Shown: positions 29,820 to 38,329 of the stretch, piece by piece
How the letters are laid out: every line of letters begins with the position of its first letter
Position numbering within the stretch: position 1 is the first letter of the stretch
Virus record (IMG/VR): IMGVR_UViG_3300046513_000343
Span: 1-64,000 of that record
DNA from: a virus
DNA length: 64,000 nt
Strand: one strand, 5' to 3'
Translations under genes and position numbers: made by a program
The notes under the pieces: generated by a model
What the model saw: only the letters and a program-made list of their open reading frames with translations
Database searches by the model: none
Told to the model about the DNA's origin: nothing

Positions 29820-30475
29820 AAGGTCCCGTCCATATAGCTCTGTTCACGCTCGATCCAGGTCTCGTCGATCGCCGACGACTTCTTGCCGAACTCCTGTTCG
29901 AACAGGGCCAGCGCATCGGCCGACTTTTTCGGGTCGTTGGCCTGGCTATCCTGTTTGCTGTAGGCGCGGAACATCATCCAGTAGCGCAGACTGCGGTGAA
30001 AGCGCGGCGCGATCTCGGGGCTGTCCTCGTCGTCGTTCATGTCCTCCAGCGGCGTGCGCACCACCGTCAACAGCAGCACGTCGTCCTCGTCCGGGGCGGG
30101 CCATAGCAGCAGCTTGCCGGTCTGGTAGTCGGTGATGAACATGCGCGGCGTGCCGGCCGGGGCGTTTTGCCAGTAGGGATTGTCCGTTTCCATGTCCTGC
30201 ATGTTCATGCGCGCCAGCGGGCGGGCGCCCTCGATGCGGGCGCGGCGCACGAACATGATGCGCGGGTCGAGCGTAACCAGGCCGCCACCGGCCGCCAGCA
30301 CCTCCACCACGCAGATTTCGGCGGTGCTGGAATCGACCAGCAGGCGCGCGCGCCGGCACGCCTCGCCCTCGGCGTCGTTGGCGAAGTCGATGGCTTCCTC
30401 GTCGCTCCACAGGAAGGGCTCGGTGGCATCGTCCACCTCGTTGCGGAACAACGCCGTCAGGTCGCGCAGGTTCAT
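29816..30475 (-). CDS. Head-tail adaptor-like protein
   Basis: 219 aa; LFRNEVDD..EPFLWSDEE..FANDA..EACRR pattern typical of podovirus adaptors. Confidence 0.7.
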   Translation of the reverse strand: MNLRDLTALFRNEVDDATEPFLWSDEEAIDFANDAEGEACRRARLLVDSSTAEICVVEVLAAGGGLVTLDPRIMFVRRARIEGARPLARMNMQDMETDNPYWQNAPAGTPRMFITDYQTGKLLLWPAPDEDDVLLLTVVRTPLEDMNDDEDSPEIAPRFHRSLRYWMMFRAYSKQDSQANDPKKSADALALFEQEFGKKSSAIDETWIEREQSYMDGTF

Positions 30476-30933
30476 GGAAGCTCCAGGGAGGGGAACGTCA
30501 GGGTATCGACGCCATTGCCGCAGCCGGCGCACACCAGCGAGGTGATTTCAACGGCGCGGCGGGCGTCGTGCCCGGCCAGCATGACGGCCATGGCCGCCTC
30601 CTTGCCGGCGCCGATGGCGTAGCGGTTGCCGAATTCGCCTTCGGCGTAGATGACCGGATACGGCGTGTTCTGGTACACCTTGACGGTGCCGTCCGGCGCG
30701 ATCGCCAGCATGGTCAAATTGTCGAGCTTGCGCAGCGACTCGTGGAAGGCGGCCGGATCGGCGCCCGCGGCGAACCACGCCTGCATTTCCCGCGCAGCAG
30801 AAGCCGGGCCGGCGCAGCCGACCAGGTGGCCGGCAAGGCACGCGATCTTGATCACGCTGTTGCACTTGATCCAGCTGTCGCCGGCCTCGCGGTCGGCGGC
30901 CAGGGTCCGGCCATCCCATGCAATGACGGTCAA
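30472..30933 (-). CDS. Ntn-hydrolase (HslV/proteasome-beta-like) phage protease
   Basis: TTG start overlapping upstream TGA; (M)TVIAWDGRTLAADR...KI...GCAG...AIGAG...ARRAVEI with N-terminal Thr. Confidence 0.7.
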   Translation of the reverse strand: MTVIAWDGRTLAADREAGDSWIKCNSVIKIACLAGHLVGCAGPASAAREMQAWFAAGADPAAFHESLRKLDNLTMLAIAPDGTVKVYQNTPYPVIYAEGEFGNRYAIGAGKEAAMAVMLAGHDARRAVEITSLVCAGCGNGVDTLTFPSLELP

Positions 30934-32564
30934 TTTGCGTCCTTCCACGCCGCGTAGGCGGCCTTGATGGCGTCGAACACGCGGCTTGGGGCGATGTGGC
31001 TCTGACAGCTGGACGCGCCGGTGGCCTCGTCCTCGACACAGTAGATTTTCCCGTAATGCAGGCGGTGACAGGCTTGGTCGTTGCAAACCGGGTTGGCCGG
31101 GTTGAACGGCGCCGCCAGGCTCTCCGTGTTGAGCCAGTGCTTGGTCAGGTTCTCGACCGATGAATGCGACAGCAGCGCCACCTTGGCCACCTTGGCCTCG
31201 AAAGCGACCGCGTTCAGCACGCCCGTTTCCGGCCCCACCACGCAGTCGGCCATGGTGGCCAGGGTCAGGGTTTCACGTATGCTCTGTTTGCCCGACGCGC
31301 GGTACACGCGCGGCTCGATCTCCCAGCCCGCTTCCAGAATCTGGCAGGCCATGTCGCCGGTGAGGATGACAACGGCCTCGGGCAGCTCCAGCAGCAGCTT
31401 GGCGATCACCGCGTCCATGTGCGGGTAGAACTTGTGCATGCTCGACCCGGCCAGCGCCCACACGATGAAAAAACAGTCCGGGGTTGGCACGCCGATCATC
31501 AGGTCTTTCGGCGCACGCGACAGGCGGATGCCGGTCAGGTAGCCGGCCGCGATGCCCTGCTCGTACAGGCTGGGGTAGAACTTGGCGTCGGAGCGGTACG
31601 GCAGCTCGGCCAGTTCGGCGCACCATTCCAGGTAGTTGCGGTTCAGCTCCATGTGGCGCACCGCATGCGGCCAAGCGTGGTTGGCGCGGCCCGGCATGGC
31701 CAGCAAGGTGCCCTCGATCGACTCGGACAGCTGGATGAACTTGGTGTAGCGGCGCGCGATGGCTTCCCAAAACAGCGGCAGCTGGTGGTTCGGCACCTGG
31801 TCCGGGTCGACGATCAGCCAGTCGTCGATGTGCGGGTCGTGCAGCAGGATATCCTGCCCGCTGGGGGTGGTGTTGAGGGTGATGTGATAGCCCTGCCGTT
31901 TCAGTTCCGGCAGCAGGGCGGAAGCCATGAGCATGTCGCCGAAGCCGCCGAAGCGGGAAATACACGCTGTCTTGGTGGGGCGCGGCGCCAGGTAGCTGTG
32001 CAGGCTGGCGTCGTTCTCGTCGCGCTCGATCTTGCGCAGCACCAGCAGGAACGAGTATTCCATGCGCTGGGCGCGCGTCTCGCAGAGCAGCACATCGCAG
32101 GCGTTGCCGACCTCGCGCGTGATCTCCGTCATGGTGTCGATGATGTCCTGCGGCTTGAAGTCGTGCTTGTGGTCCGGGTTCGCGCCCGGCTGGCCGATGC
32201 GCGGGTACAGGTCGCGGTGCGGCAGGTACAGGACCATGTGCCCGCCCACCTTGATGATGCGCCACCACTCGCGCAGTGCGCCCTGGTAGTCCTCGATGTG
32301 TTCCAGCAGGTGCGAGGAAAAGACGAAATCGAGTTTGCCGGTCGGGACCTGCGGCAGGCTGGCCGCGTCCTCAACCACGTTGTCCGGCTCCATTTCAATG
32401 CCGAACAGCGCGGTGTCCTTCTTGGAATCGACGCCGATGAAATGCGGGAAGGCCTTGTGCGGGCCGCAGCCGATGTCCAGCCCGAGGCCGCGCGTGTACT
32501 GCGCGATCTCGAACTTGACCTTGGATGCCTCATCGCCCTCGGGGTCAGAAATGCGCCAGATCAC
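30930..32564 (-). CDS. SAM-dependent methyltransferase fused to GT9-like glycosyltransferase
   Basis: GLDIGCG and DFVFSSHLLEH in the N-terminal part; RFGGFGDMLM and VVGPETGVLNAVA (GT-B/GT9-like) in the C-terminal part. Confidence 0.8.
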   Translation of the reverse strand: MIWRISDPEGDEASKVKFEIAQYTRGLGLDIGCGPHKAFPHFIGVDSKKDTALFGIEMEPDNVVEDAASLPQVPTGKLDFVFSSHLLEHIEDYQGALREWWRIIKVGGHMVLYLPHRDLYPRIGQPGANPDHKHDFKPQDIIDTMTEITREVGNACDVLLCETRAQRMEYSFLLVLRKIERDENDASLHSYLAPRPTKTACISRFGGFGDMLMASALLPELKRQGYHITLNTTPSGQDILLHDPHIDDWLIVDPDQVPNHQLPLFWEAIARRYTKFIQLSESIEGTLLAMPGRANHAWPHAVRHMELNRNYLEWCAELAELPYRSDAKFYPSLYEQGIAAGYLTGIRLSRAPKDLMIGVPTPDCFFIVWALAGSSMHKFYPHMDAVIAKLLLELPEAVVILTGDMACQILEAGWEIEPRVYRASGKQSIRETLTLATMADCVVGPETGVLNAVAFEAKVAKVALLSHSSVENLTKHWLNTESLAAPFNPANPVCNDQACHRLHYGKIYCVEDEATGASSCQSHIAPSRVFDAIKAAYAAWKDAN

Positions 32565-32800
32565 GCTTCACCCAGCTGGGCGTCGAGCTGGGCGTCCTGT
32601 GCCAGCGGTTCGGCGGCAGCCCTGGCCTTCTTCGGCGCAGGCTTGTCCGGCGCCACATCAGGCAGCGGGTCGGGCTCCGGCGCGACCCACACGTTGCCGT
32701 CGGCCATGAAGAACTGGTGGTCCTGTTCGTACATGCGGCCGAACTCGTCGCCAGATATCGTGCCGAACTGGCGCTTGCGGTCGAGGGTCGGGGCGGCCAT
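32561..32800 (-). CDS. Hypothetical phage protein
   Basis: 79 aa, overlaps both neighbours. Confidence 0.65.
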   Translation of the reverse strand: MAAPTLDRKRQFGTISGDEFGRMYEQDHQFFMADGNVWVAPEPDPLPDVAPDKPAPKKARAAAEPLAQDAQLDAQLGEA

Positions 32801-33072
32801 CAGTAGGCTACCTTGTCTTCGGCGGCGTCTTCCTCGGCGTCGCCCTTGGCCGGGCCGAAGGTCGGATCGTCAACGTAGCACTCGTCCATCGGGTCGCTCT
32901 TGGTCGCGCCGGTGATCTTGCCGATGGTGTTGGTGGCCTCCAGGTCCAGGCTCATGCCCTCGTCGTGGGTGTTGTAGCCGGTCATGCCGGTGCTGGTGCC
33001 TTTGTCTGGCATGGGTTTGCGGTCGCCCATCACGACGCCGGTGCCGTCTGGTTTGTAGTTTGATTCGGACAT
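32800..33072 (-). CDS. Hypothetical acidic protein
   Basis: AAGGAG SD, MSESNYKPDG..., 90 aa. Confidence 0.6.
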   Translation of the reverse strand: MSESNYKPDGTGVVMGDRKPMPDKGTSTGMTGYNTHDEGMSLDLEATNTIGKITGATKSDPMDECYVDDPTFGPAKGDAEEDAAEDKVAY

Positions 33073-33119
33073 GTCAATCTCCTTCGTTGGTGGTGGTCTG
33101 CGGTGGTAAGTGGCGGGGC

Positions 33120-33368
33120 TTAACGCTCCCAACCCTCGGGGCGGTTTAGGAAGCCACCACGTTCGAGCGGGTTGCCGACATAGTTCTCGCCGTCGTCGGT
33201 GTTCTGCGGCAGGTAGTGCGGCACCTTCGCGGGGTCGGCCACCTTGGCGTAGCCCGCTTTCAAAGCCGTCAGCGACGGGTCGTTGCCGTCACCGGAACCG
33301 CCGCTGTAGCTGGTGTCGGACTCTTTGAGTGCAGCGCTGGTGTTCAGTTCGGCGTTCTCGATGGTCAT
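33120..33368 (-). CDS. Hypothetical phage protein
   Basis: AAGGAGGT SD, 82 aa. Confidence 0.65.
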   Translation of the reverse strand: MTIENAELNTSAALKESDTSYSGGSGDGNDPSLTALKAGYAKVADPAKVPHYLPQNTDDGENYVGNPLERGGFLNRPEGWER

Positions 33369-33425
33369 GGTGACCTCCTTGGGGGTGGGTTAGAATCGCG
33401 GCTCCCCCAACCACAGGAGAGCTGT

Positions 33426-33782
33426 ATGTCCTACTGCCGCTGGAGCAGCGACGACTGGCAATGCGATGTGTACGTGTACGAGGGCTGCGGCTTTGTGACG
33501 CACGTCGCGCGCAGCCGGGTCCTCGGCGCGATCCCGCCGACCCCGCCTATGCGCAACGATCCGGCGTGGCCGCGTGAATTCCTGCTGGCGCACCAGGCGC
33601 AGATGGCGTTTCTTGCGACCTGCGAGCGCACAATCATCACGCTGCCGCACGCCGGTGAGTCGTTTCACGATGACACACCGGGCGCATGCGCCGACCGGCT
33701 GGAAATGCTGCGCGCGCTGGGCTACAACGTGCCGCAGTACGCGATTGACGAACTGCGCGCGGAAGCGCTAGACGATGATTAG
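33426..33782 (+). CDS. Antisense hypothetical protein (moron-like)
   Basis: AGGAG SD; MSYCRWSSDDWQCDVYVYE...GYNVPQYAIDEL, 118 aa. Confidence 0.7.
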   Translation: MSYCRWSSDDWQCDVYVYEGCGFVTHVARSRVLGAIPPTPPMRNDPAWPREFLLAHQAQMAFLATCERTIITLPHAGESFHDDTPGACADRLEMLRALGYNVPQYAIDELRAEALDDD

Positions 33783-34286
33783 CGCCTTGCCCGTTTCGCC
33801 CAGGATCAGCACCGGAAACGCGCTTTCATAGACCGCCTGGGTGCAGCCCTCGCAGTCATCGACGGCGAAGTCATCGAACAGGATGAAGCCACCCTTGACC
33901 ATCAGCGGCGGCAGGCGTTCAAGGATCGCCTTGGTGCTCTCGTACTGGTCGGCGTCGGCATGGACGAAGCCGATTGGCGGCATCGGCACCAGCGTATCGG
34001 GGAACAGCCCCTGGATGACGGTCGCGGCCGGGATCAAGGCCTGCACCGCCTCGGCGCTGGTGTCGCCGAACTTGCCGACCGGGTTGCCGGTGTCGAGCTG
34101 GCCCTGATACGGGATGCCGGTGAAGGTGTCGTACAGGTACAAAGGGCGCCCCAGCTTGGCCAGGTGCCACGCCGAGCCGCCGCGATACACGCCCACTTCG
34201 ACAATGGCTGCGGCCGGCGCGCGGCTGGCGTAGTACATCAAGCTGTTGATGGCCAGCTGCGACAGAGCGGTATAGGGAGCGTCCAT
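33768..34286 (-). CDS. TylF/MycF/NovP-family sugar O-methyltransferase
   Basis: VEVGVYRGGS, YDTFTGIP, FVHADADQYES, GGFILFDDF. Confidence 0.85.
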   Translation of the reverse strand: MDAPYTALSQLAINSLMYYASRAPAAAIVEVGVYRGGSAWHLAKLGRPLYLYDTFTGIPYQGQLDTGNPVGKFGDTSAEAVQALIPAATVIQGLFPDTLVPMPPIGFVHADADQYESTKAILERLPPLMVKGGFILFDDFAVDDCEGCTQAVYESAFPVLILGETGKALIIV

Positions 34287-34376
34287 AGGGTCCGTTTGAT
34301 TTCACTGGAAATGCTTGTTTCAGCAAACGCTGAAACCCCTGCTTTTGGTGAAACTGGCAAGGGTTGAAATTGGGGT

Positions 34377-34404
34377 AAGAAAAAAGACCCGCCGAAGCGG
34401 GCCT
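34377..34404 (-). terminator. Rho-independent terminator after capsid gene
   Basis: GGCCCGC-TTCG-GCGGGTC-TTTTTTCTT. Confidence 0.8.
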
Positions 34405-34458
34405 TTCGGGGTAGTCCGAACCCTGGTACGGATTATAGGATGGTTGTCAAAAAGACAA

Positions 34459-35902
34459 CTATGCGGCAGAATCCCAGCGAATGATGCGCGATTGCGCAGC
34501 GGCGGTCTGAACCAGGCCGAAACCGCCCATGTAGTACCAGGCCACACCACGCTGGCGACCGTAATCGCCAGGGATCATGCCGCGCATTTCCTCGGGGATC
34601 ACGATGCCCTCGGCGACGGTGTCGTTGCCGAAGAAGTAGGCCCAGTTCGACAGGCCGTTGGTGAACGCGGCCTTGGCGATGTTGGTCTGCTCGACGAAGC
34701 GCACCGACTCGTAGCGGCCGATCTCGCCGTTCAAGATCATCTGGAAACCGGCGTCCACGTACTGGTGGACAGCTTCCAGGTCGTTCTTCAACTGGCGGAA
34801 CGTGGTCGGGTGGGCCAGGCTGATGTAGTCATCCTGGATATAGGGCGGGACGTTGCGCTCTTTCATCACGTCCACGATGGCCTTCACGTGATTTTTGCCC
34901 AAACTCACATTATTCGTCGCCGTCGCAGTGCCGTTGGTGGTCAACGTCACGGCGGAAGTCGAGGTGCCGCCGGTCGGCACCACGCGCAGCGGGGTCAGGC
35001 GGAACTGCGCCTCGGCCATGATGTCGAAGGCCTTCTTGGCGTCGTTCTTCAAGACCTTGCTGATGATCTCCTTGACCGGCTGTTCCGAGAGGTCGTCCAG
35101 CTTGGAGCTGTACGGCACGCTGTTGCCGGCCTCGGTGATGGTCATGGTGCCCTGGGTAATTACGAAGTTCGTGGTTGGCATCGCGGTGCCTTCCGTGAGC
35201 GTCGTTCCTTGGGTCGCTACATCGCTGTAAACGTTCCACACACTGTTACTTGATAACCTGTCGCTGCATTGACAGGCGGGTGGTCATTTCTGCCACCTCA
35301 CGGCGTTCATTGGGTTATATGCCGTGGTCGGACTATCGCATCCCCGTTGCCGGGGCCAACTCGCTTAGTCTCTCAGGCTGCACAGCCTTGCGGCTTGCTT
35401 GCCCCTTCTTTCCCGCTGCCGGGGGTTGAAGTCAATCAGAGTCGGTTTTAATTCCACCAGGTCGTTAATGGAATGCGTCACCCATGCCTTTACCCTGGAC
35501 AGCTGCGTCCTTGATATCAGCAAATTGACGGAATTTTGTGAGTGGCTGGACGGCCATACGCAAAACTTTTGAGAGGTTGGGGGACCACATGTATCCCATT
35601 TTGTTCAGCAGAGATCGCTACACGCTGCTCGCCGGTTCCCACTCCGGCTGCTTGCCATTTCTGGCAAGATCAGACTATTTCATCGTCCCTTGGGACGTTG
35701 CGCACTTCGGGGCGCTTGCCCCTACTCCCACCTACGGGATAGTCGTTGAACCTTCCGGCTTGCGCCGGCTTGGCTGCAGATTGTCTGCGCCTTAACGCGG
35801 TCAGAGTTCCCTGCAATTCACGCAATTATCAGTCGCCGATTACTCGGTGACGGGGCAGTGTTATTTACCCAGGCTGTTGGTGAGCCAGACTTGACCTGCC
35901 AT
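34459..35902 (-). CDS. Major capsid protein (N4-gp56-like), spliced: join(35867..35902, 35468..35596, 34459..35238), 314 aa
   Basis: AGGAG SD then MAGQVWLTNSLG | GYMWSPNLSKVLRMAVQPLTKFRQFADIKDAAVQGKGMGDAFH | WNVYSDVATQG...GEIGRYESVRFVEQ...GDYGRQRGVAWY. Exons are 36, 129 and 780 nt, all multiples of 3. Directly follows the scaffold gene. Confidence 0.9.
35239..35467 (-). ncRNA. Group I intron 2 in the capsid gene (229 nt, no ORF)
   Basis: P1 UUCCAU/GUGGAA with U.G at the splice site; terminal G (AACAGUGUG); P3 CCGACUC/GAGUUGG; P7 GAGACUA/UAGUC; P8 CCCCG-GCAA-CGGGG; several P9 hairpins. Confidence 0.9.
35597..35866 (-). ncRNA. Group I intron 1 in the capsid gene (270 nt, no ORF, with P7.1/P7.2, IA-like)
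   Basis: 5' splice after U (GGGU/GCCC P1 with U.G pair); terminal G (AACAAAAUG); P AAUUGCAGGGAA, Q AAUCUGCAGC, R GUUCAACGACUA, S UGAAAUAGUC; P3 UUGCGU/GCGCAA; P8 CGUCCC/GGGACG; P9 CUUGCCA/UGGCAAG. Confidence 0.9.
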
Positions 35903-35937
35903 GATATGTACTCCTAAAAGAGAAAGATGGACTCCAC

Positions 35938-36999
35938 CTATCCCCCGGCGCGCGCCGCCTTCATCGCCGCGATCACATCGCTGGGATTTTCGGGCTGCTG
36001 CTCGGTGGTGGTGGTTTTGGTGTTGACCGAGGCGACGTTGTCGATCGATCGTTTTTGCTCCAGCTTTGCCGTTCGTGCGGAGGACGTGGTTGGGGCAGGT
36101 TCGGCGGGACGGCCCGCTGCGGTACTCGCGGCCCAGCCGAATTTGTTGGCCATGTCCTTGCTGACGGTATCCAGTGCAGTGAAGAAGTCACTGCCGTTCT
36201 GCTCGCGCAGGCGGTGGATTTTGGTCAGGGCCAGGGCCTCCATATCGGGGTCGCTGTACAGCTCGGGATAGTCGCGCTGGTTCTGCGCTAATGCACTCTC
36301 GACTGCGAACTTCTGCTGCACTTGCTGCGTGACGGCGTTGGCGATCTGGTCAATGTCGAGGGTGGGCGCAGCCGCCGTGGCGGGTTGCTGCCGTCCTCCA
36401 ATGACCTTCTGCAGCGCGGTCAGCGCGTTTTCCTCGTCGCCCTCAAACAGGGCCTTGAGAAATTCCTTGCCTGACTCGTCCACCGGCGGGGTGTCGGTCG
36501 TGGCGGGGTTCGGGGTGGCGGTGGTTGCCGCCTGCTGGGCGCGCAGCTGGGCTTCCTGCTGTTCCAGCAACAGGCGCTGGGCCTGCGCTTCCTGGGCTTC
36601 GCGCAACAGGCGCGTGGCCTCGTTCAGGCGCTTGTCGGCGCTGCTGTTCTTCTGGTACTGGCGCACCACTTCATCGAGCGGCACATCGGTCTCGACGCCG
36701 TCGACCTTGACGCGCACCGTGGCCGGCGCCTCGGTCACGGCGGCGGGCGGGTCTGCCAGCTGCGCGGCCAGTTGCTCGGCCGGCGCCGGTGCTGGTTCAG
36801 GCTCGGCGGGTTCATCGACCGGCAGTTCGTAGCCGTTCGATTCGGCCATCTGCTGCTGGTGGCGGGTTTCCAGCGCTTCCATGGCCAGCTCGCGGGGCGA
36901 CTTCGGGACTTCTGCTGCTTCGGTGGTGGTGGGCGTTGCCGGGGTGGCTGGGGTAGCGGGTGCGGCGGTGTCTTGCACGTCCGTTGGGATAGCGCTCAT
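35938..36999 (-). CDS. Capsid scaffolding protein
   Basis: AGGAG SD; VRVKVDGVETDVPLDEVVRQYQK..SADKRL motif, coiled coil, basic C-terminal helix; lies directly before the capsid gene. Confidence 0.8.
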   Translation of the reverse strand: MSAIPTDVQDTAAPATPATPATPTTTEAAEVPKSPRELAMEALETRHQQQMAESNGYELPVDEPAEPEPAPAPAEQLAAQLADPPAAVTEAPATVRVKVDGVETDVPLDEVVRQYQKNSSADKRLNEATRLLREAQEAQAQRLLLEQQEAQLRAQQAATTATPNPATTDTPPVDESGKEFLKALFEGDEENALTALQKVIGGRQQPATAAAPTLDIDQIANAVTQQVQQKFAVESALAQNQRDYPELYSDPDMEALALTKIHRLREQNGSDFFTALDTVSKDMANKFGWAASTAAGRPAEPAPTTSSARTAKLEQKRSIDNVASVNTKTTTTEQQPENPSDVIAAMKAARAGG

Positions 37000-37090
37000 G
37001 TACGGCTCCTGAAATGCAAAAGCCCGCATGGCCAGAGCGGCGTGCGGGCAAATGTTGAAAAGCAGCGCCGCGTATGGCAGCGCTGCGGTT

Positions 37091-37573
37091 TTACTGCGGC
37101 GTGACTGGCTCGTCCAGGCAGGGCGCGCCGACCTTGCGGTAGGCGGCGCGCACGGCCTTGTTCTCGCACAGCACCTGCTTGGCCGCCGCCGTGTCGCCCA
37201 GCGAGCGCAGTTCGCGCGCGTTGAGGCGGTTGACGCATTCGACATCGTTCCAGGTGCCGCCCAGCGAGACGCCGAAGGCGATGCCCGACAGGCCGGCGCT
37301 GGTCGAGCCCATGCAGGTTTCCGACAGCGTGGTGGTCAGGGAGGGCGGCGCGATGCCCGGCGCCGAGCGCACCGTCAGCTTGTCTGGCGTGGGCGCGGCG
37401 TTGTAAATCGAGGTTTGCGCGTTACCGGCGTTGGTGGCGGTGCCGGACACCGAGCCGTTGCTGCTGGCGGTGCTGCCGGACGCACTCGTGTTGCCCGACG
37501 ACTGCGCACTGGCGCTGCCGCACAGCAGCAGGCCCGCCAGACCAAGGTACAACCAGGACAGCGGGCGCGTCAT
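37091..37573 (-). CDS. Secreted/membrane-anchored protein with Cys residues
   Basis: Signal peptide ending ASA-Q; Ser/Gly-rich segment; CMGS...EC...LC..C. Confidence 0.7.
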   Translation of the reverse strand: MTRPLSWLYLGLAGLLLCGSASAQSSGNTSASGSTASSNGSVSGTATNAGNAQTSIYNAAPTPDKLTVRSAPGIAPPSLTTTLSETCMGSTSAGLSGIAFGVSLGGTWNDVECVNRLNARELRSLGDTAAAKQVLCENKAVRAAYRKVGAPCLDEPVTPQ

Positions 37574-38016
37574 TACGGGTGCCCTGCGTGACCGGCGGTG
37601 CCGGCGAACACGCCGCCCGCCTGCGCCCCGGCGCCACCGGCAGCCGCGCCTTGCGCCGAATTCGAGAACGAGGCGCCCGCCTGGCCGCTCAGGGCGACGT
37701 TGCCGGCCGCGCCCGAGCTGCCGGTGGAGGTGGTGCCGGCGCTGGCGTGGGTGACGGTGCCGCCGCCGGTGGGGCCGCTGCCCGCGACCGCGCCAGCCGA
37801 GGCGCCCGAGGTGTTGCCGGCGATGACGCCGTTCGACTGCGTGGTGCTGGCCGCGCCGTTGCCGTACACGCTGGTGCCGACCGCGATGCTGGAGGTGCCG
37901 CTGGCCGCCGAATGGGCGTTGCCGCTGACCGACGACGCGCTCGACTGGTTCGGGTGGCCGGCAAAGGCGGCGCCGCAGCAGGCGCTCAGGAGGGTGATCA
38001 GGCAGAAGTTTTTCAT
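37573..38016 (-). CDS. Secreted Gly/Ser/Ala-rich low-complexity protein
   Basis: AAGGA SD; MKNFCLITLLSACCGAAFA signal peptide; TAATG coupling to the next gene. Confidence 0.7.
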   Translation of the reverse strand: MKNFCLITLLSACCGAAFAGHPNQSSASSVSGNAHSAASGTSSIAVGTSVYGNGAASTTQSNGVIAGNTSGASAGAVAGSGPTGGGTVTHASAGTTSTGSSGAAGNVALSGQAGASFSNSAQGAAAGGAGAQAGGVFAGTAGHAGHP

Positions 38017-38107
38017 GGTGTCCTTTAAGGATGGGAAGGTGGTGTTACGGGTGACAAGCACAACGGCACAACAGGGGCTGGCGCCCCGACAAACATAATC
38101 AGGATGG

Positions 38108-38329
38108 CTAGTCGCCGTGGGTGGCTTGGCCTTTGACCAGGTAGCGCTGGCCGCAGTGCAGGCATTGTTCGCGGCGCTGGCTGTCGGCGTGGCGTTCCAT
38201 CGGCCAGGTGCGGCTCTGGCAATGCAGGCAGTTTTTCAGTTTGCGCCAGCTGACCTTTTGCTCTGGTTCGCCGACGCGGGCATCGCGTGCCTGTTGCAGC
38301 AGGTCCAGCGGCAGGTCGTCGGTCAGCAT
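38108..38329 (-). CDS. Small zinc-ribbon protein
   Basis: CLHC...CLHC, GAGGA SD, 73 aa. Confidence 0.6.
   Translation of the reverse strand: MLTDDLPLDLLQQARDARVGEPEQKVSWRKLKNCLHCQSRTWPMERHADSQRREQCLHCGQRYLVKGQATHGD

Noticed and set aside
34459-35241. GTG-started 260-aa ORF as the complete capsid protein, or the capsid as a pseudogene
   Set aside because: No SD before the GTG, whose last G is the intron's terminal G; the upstream exons restore the N-terminus in frame.
35239-35866. tRNA, riboswitch or group II intron reading of the structured inserts
   Set aside because: No cloverleaf, no GUGYG...AY ends and no domain V; group I P1/P3/P7 and terminal G fit instead.
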